From assembly GCA_964461525.1 (NCBI GenBank), contig CAYWUX010000014.1, forward strand, positions 9,028 through 73,027: a stretch of DNA of 64,000 nucleotides. Reading direction: 5' to 3'. The position numbers and the translations under genes were made by a program. This document shows positions 60,917 to 64,000 of the stretch, in pieces (the stretch's first letter is position 1; the number at the start of each line of letters is the position of its first letter). Origin of the DNA: an uncultured Hyphomicrobiaceae bacterium. Lineage in GTDB: Bacteria > Pseudomonadota > Alphaproteobacteria > Rhizobiales > CAYWUX01. The notes under the pieces were generated by a model. That model saw nothing but the letters and a program-made list of their open reading frames with translations, had not been told where the DNA came from and searched no databases.

Positions 60917-61075
60917 ATGACCATCGGAACCATCCTAATAGTAATTCTCATTCTATTTTTGATTGGTGCTTTGCCAGCATGGCCATACAGTCGAAGCTGG
61001 GGTTACGCCCCATCCGGCGTGGTTGGTCTGGTTGTCCTTGTTATATTAATACTGGCTCTTATGGGACGGATCTGA
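60917..61075 (+). CDS. DUF3309 family small membrane protein
   Basis: GAGGAG RBS; 'ILILFLIGALPAWPYSRSWGYAPSGVVGLVVLVILILALMGRI'. Confidence 0.92.
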   Translation: MTIGTILIVILILFLIGALPAWPYSRSWGYAPSGVVGLVVLVILILALMGRI

Positions 61076-61079
61076 CGAA

Positions 61080-61212
61080 TACCGGTCATGAGTCCATTGG
61101 TGATGGGGAGTGCGCTGATGTGATTTTCCAGCATGAGGCCGATCAGATCAAGAAGCGACGTGTTGGTCCGCGCTGTAATCACCGCCGATGTCATGATATC
61201 TCGTGCATGCTT
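61080..61212 (-). pseudogene. CBS-domain gene remnant
   Basis: 'HARDIMTSAVITARTNTSLLDLIGLMLENHISALPI' matches the CBS N-terminus; start codon appears mutated (AAG). Confidence 0.65.
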
Positions 61213-61561
61213 ACCCTGATGTCCTTGATATTATGAATTCGATCGGGGGTTGATTCCGGCAGTCCCTCGAAATCACGAAATGGTTGAAATAAAGAAATCT
61301 CAAGGCCGTGATCGGCGACCATAGCTGCAGCTTCAGCGGGTCCACCATCAAATGCAAGAAAGTCGTTCTCAAAATCTCAAATACTATCGAAACCAGCTGC
61401 GGCAATTGCATTGAGTTTTTCGCGGAAATCTCCGTTGATTGCAACAGTAGAAATCGAAGTGTGCATAGTATTAAGCTTTCTCTTTAACGTTGGGACAAAA
61501 GTTCCATATTACAAAGCAGTACTTCCTTTTTGGTTCGCAGAAGTGCAGGACGCGATTGTCT

Positions 61562-62041
61562 TCAAATCGGTCCCACCCGGATCGGTTCAGGCATGTTGGC
61601 AGGCAGCTCACCTGTCATGCGGGCAGCAGCCTGTAATGCGACGATGTAACCATAGGTCCCGAGACCGCAGATTACCGCTGTCACCGCCCCAGACATAATT
61701 GAGTGCCGGTGCAGTTCGTCACGGCCATGAATGTTAGAAATGTGCAGCTCAATTATTGGAGCTTGGAATATCTTCAAAGCATCCAGGATCGGAATCGAGT
61801 GAAACGAGCATCCCGCAAGATTGATGATCAGCGCGCTGGCGTTCTGGCGGGCCTCTTGGATCCAGTCGACGATTTCGCCTTCGTGGTTAGTCTGACGGAA
61901 CTCAAGCTCAACCTCCAAAACCTTTGCAAAGGCCTGACAGCTTTCTCTGACTGCCTCCAGAGTCGTCGACCCGTATATCTCGGGCTCGCGTTCGCCGAGC
62001 AGGTTCAGATTCGGCCCGTTCACAATCCAAATTTGCGCCAT
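61562..62041 (-). CDS. aroQ: Type II 3-dehydroquinate dehydratase
   Basis: 'NGPNLNLLGEREPEIYG', 'QTNHEGEIVD', 'ELHISNIHGR'. Confidence 0.95.
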   Translation of the reverse strand: MAQIWIVNGPNLNLLGEREPEIYGSTTLEAVRESCQAFAKVLEVELEFRQTNHEGEIVDWIQEARQNASALIINLAGCSFHSIPILDALKIFQAPIIELHISNIHGRDELHRHSIMSGAVTAVICGLGTYGYIVALQAAARMTGELPANMPEPIRVGPI

Positions 62042-62094
62042 GACAACTTTCCTTCCGCTATGTGATGGAGACTATCCTTAGCACCTCATCAGCT

Positions 62095-63009
62095 TTACAA
62101 ACCTGTTTCGGGTTCCGCCAACAAACCCCGCAGTCGCCCGTAGTCGACAGGGCGGCCCGTGAAGATCTGCCAGGCATCGACGCCCTGATGGAAAAACAAC
62201 TCATAGCCGCTGATGACTGTGAGACCTTCGGCGGCGGCATCGCTGAGGAACTGTGTCTCAAGCGGAGTGTAGACGGCATCGAATGCCCATTGGCCTTCGT
62301 GCATCTGTCCACGGGGCATTGGCGTGCCGGAATGGCCGAACATTCCAACCGGCGTGCAGTTGATCAGGCCGTCCGCCTGCGCTGCGATTGCAGCGGTGTC
62401 ATCTGCAACCGTGACGAACGTTCCTGGAGAGACATCTTTAAGGCATTTGGCAAGCTTCTCCGCCTTCGCCCGGGCCAGATCAACGATCCAAAGGGTGTCG
62501 AGGCCGAGCTCTAACAAGGCAAAGGCAATTGCTTTGCCTACACCACCGGCGCCGATCATGCAGACCCGACCAGCGGCGACGTCGCGGCGGACGGCGCGAT
62601 ACATAGCGATCATGCCGCTGTAATCGGTGTTGAACCCGATCGGGCCTGCGGGCTCGAAAACAACCGTGTTGACCGCACCTATGTTTCTGACCACTGGATC
62701 GTCGATCCAGACGCATCGGGCTGCCTCCTCTTTGTAGGGGTATGTGATGTTGACCCCGCGGTAGCCATTTGCCGCGCAACCTTCGATGATGCTCTCCAAG
62801 TTCAGCCCCAGCTCACGTGGCACCAGGCGCTCGTAGCTGACAGGAACGTCAGCCAATCGCCCTGCGAGATGGTGCAGAACGGGGGCTTTCGACTGGGCGA
62901 TGTTATCTCCGATCAGGCCGAGTTTTATCCTTGATTTGCTTTCAGAATTTCCAGATACACGCCCGTTTCCGAAGAGAGTGCTGGTGCTTTGGTCAGGTCT
63001 TTTCGACAT
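62095..63009 (-). CDS. aroE: Shikimate/quinate dehydrogenase (AroE/YdiB family)
   Basis: 'GVNITYPYK', 'IGAVNTV', 'GFNTDYSG', 'GAGGVGKAI', 'DAVYTPLET'. Confidence 0.9.
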   Translation of the reverse strand: MSKRPDQSTSTLFGNGRVSGNSESKSRIKLGLIGDNIAQSKAPVLHHLAGRLADVPVSYERLVPRELGLNLESIIEGCAANGYRGVNITYPYKEEAARCVWIDDPVVRNIGAVNTVVFEPAGPIGFNTDYSGMIAMYRAVRRDVAAGRVCMIGAGGVGKAIAFALLELGLDTLWIVDLARAKAEKLAKCLKDVSPGTFVTVADDTAAIAAQADGLINCTPVGMFGHSGTPMPRGQMHEGQWAFDAVYTPLETQFLSDAAAEGLTVISGYELFFHQGVDAWQIFTGRPVDYGRLRGLLAEPETGL

Positions 63010-63649
63010 ACCGCAAAATCATCTCAACCACGCCGTCCCGTAATGAGGCCAAAGATGTCTTGGAATCGAGATCGCGTTCGAAGATCCTGGAAAAGGTAGC
63101 GCGATTGGAAACGTTGAAAAAACAGAGCGCACTGATCTTCCAGTGCAACTCAACCGCATCAAGGTTTGCGCGGAAAACGCCCTCCCGTGCGCCACGTTCA
63201 AGCAATCGATCCACGGCATCGATCGCTGTCAAATTGAGCTCCTGGATTGCGAACGACTGCGCAATGTATTTGGCGTGATGGATGTTTTCGATCATCACCA
63301 GGCGAATGAAGTCCTCATTGCTGTTGTGATAGTCGAATGTGAAGCGGACCAAGCGTTCCAGCGCGTTGGTCGGCGGCAGATCATCGAGTTCCAGATTCGC
63401 CTCAAATGCCCGAACCTTACCGTAGGCAGCTTCCAGCACTTTCAAATAGAGCTTTTCCTTGCTGTCAAAATAATAGTAAATCATCCGTTTGCTGCATTTC
63501 GTTTTAGCAGCAATCTCATCGATGCGCGCGCCCGACAGACCGCGTTGCGCAAATTCTCTGGTCGCGACTTCTATGATGTTGCGTTTGGTACCTTCCGGAT
63601 CATTGGTCCGTCCTGGCATATCACTATTCTTAATCGTCTGGACCGTCAT
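62993..63649 (-). CDS. TetR family regulator
   Basis: HTH 'ATREFAQRGLSGARIDEIAAKTKCSKRMIYYYFDSKEKLY'; alternative start ATG 63619. Confidence 0.93.
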   Translation of the reverse strand: MTVQTIKNSDMPGRTNDPEGTKRNIIEVATREFAQRGLSGARIDEIAAKTKCSKRMIYYYFDSKEKLYLKVLEAAYGKVRAFEANLELDDLPPTNALERLVRFTFDYHNSNEDFIRLVMIENIHHAKYIAQSFAIQELNLTAIDAVDRLLERGAREGVFRANLDAVELHWKISALCFFNVSNRATFSRIFERDLDSKTSLASLRDGVVEMILRYVEKT

Positions 63650-63758
63650 TCCTCTTCCCTCTCACAGAGCTTGGATGCCGATAAAATCCCGCTGGACTCA
63701 AAAAGGAGTGTCCAGCACATCGATCAGGTTGCAATTTCGCTCTCTGAGACGATCATTA

Positions 63759-63788
63759 TTGACATAAACTAACTAGTTCGTCCATTAT
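63759..63788 (+). promoter_or_regulatory. Sigma70-type promoter with an embedded palindromic operator
   Basis: TTGACA at 63759, CATTAT at 63783; ACTAAC-TA-GTTCGT near-palindrome (63768-63781) in the spacer. Confidence 0.65.
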
Positions 63789-63850
63789 CTTTTCGAACAG
63801 GCAGGTGTCATCACAACGGATCGACCTGCTTACGAAAGGGAGGAAATACA

Positions 63851-64000
63851 ATGAACGTTTCTGTTTCTAAGCGCGTGGCCATTCTTGTCGGTGCTCTGGC
63901 GGCGGCGATCAGCCTGTCAACGGGCGCCATATCAGCCGACAAGCCGAAACTAAAATTTGCTGCTGTCTTCAGTGATACGGACATCCGAGCGGATGCGATG
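63851..64000 (+). CDS. N-terminus of a probable TRAP transporter DctP-type binding protein (runs off the window)
   Basis: GGGAGG RBS, signal peptide, 'KLKFAAVFSDTDIRADAM'; divergent from TetR/aroE/aroQ. Confidence 0.7.
   Translation, partial: MNVSVSKRVAILVGALAAAISLSTGAISADKPKLKFAAVFSDTDIRADAM

Noticed and set aside
61215-61560. Possible degenerate IS-end sequence between the CBS relic and aroQ
   Set aside because: Only vague resemblance; no clear terminal inverted repeats
1124-63772. Many 60-200 aa ORFs overlapping the main genes (e.g. 3261-3698, 16715-17251, 22256-22759, 36435-37022, 44465-45031, 54963-55478, 62062-62514, 63143-63772)
   Set aside because: Antisense or alternate-frame shadows of well-supported genes; no RBS or family motifs
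1-64000. CRISPR array, rRNA, tRNA, prophage or defence-system genes
   Set aside because: No regularly spaced repeats, RNA gene signatures or such proteins seen; the 9-bp repeat has no spacers

Overview
Alphaproteobacterial chromosomal window: intact gene modules separated by spacers full of pseudogene and IS debris. (1) 0.15-9.5 kb: PQQ alcohol dehydrogenase with a lanthanide-type W-D-x-D motif, a dihaem cytochrome c4, a NitT/TauT-type ABC importer (PqqT-like), PedA1/PedA2/PedC-like genes and a cupredoxin-fold protein lacking copper ligands. (2) A TPP enzyme, a SnoaL protein and a serine recombinase remnant. (3) 13.2-29.4 kb: coupled glgE-treS/mak-glgB-glgX-treZ-malQ-treY alpha-glucan/trehalose operon, with a stress-protein gene, a PRC-barrel pseudogene and a sigma-EcfG-like promoter upstream. 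(4) 30.5-39 kb: Flp pilin, His-to-Tyr pseudo-caspase, class III adenylate cyclase, nitronate monooxygenase, a deleted sugar ABC operon and IS1182/IS110 fragments. (5) 39-50.5 kb: narK1K2-narGHJI-PPIase operon with a perfect FNR box and a truncated nsrR-like gene. (6) An IorB fragment, a Rieske fusion protein, an SDR lacking the catalytic Lys, a broken SAM-cyclase-AAA gene and a GST. (7) 57.6-61.1 kb: general-stress island (DUF1328, ECF sigma/anti-sigma, PRC barrel, csbD, DUF3309). (8) aroQ, shikimate/quinate dehydrogenase, TetR and the start of a TRAP binding protein. I found no rRNA, tRNA or CRISPR array. All family assignments come from motif recognition by eye, with no database searches.
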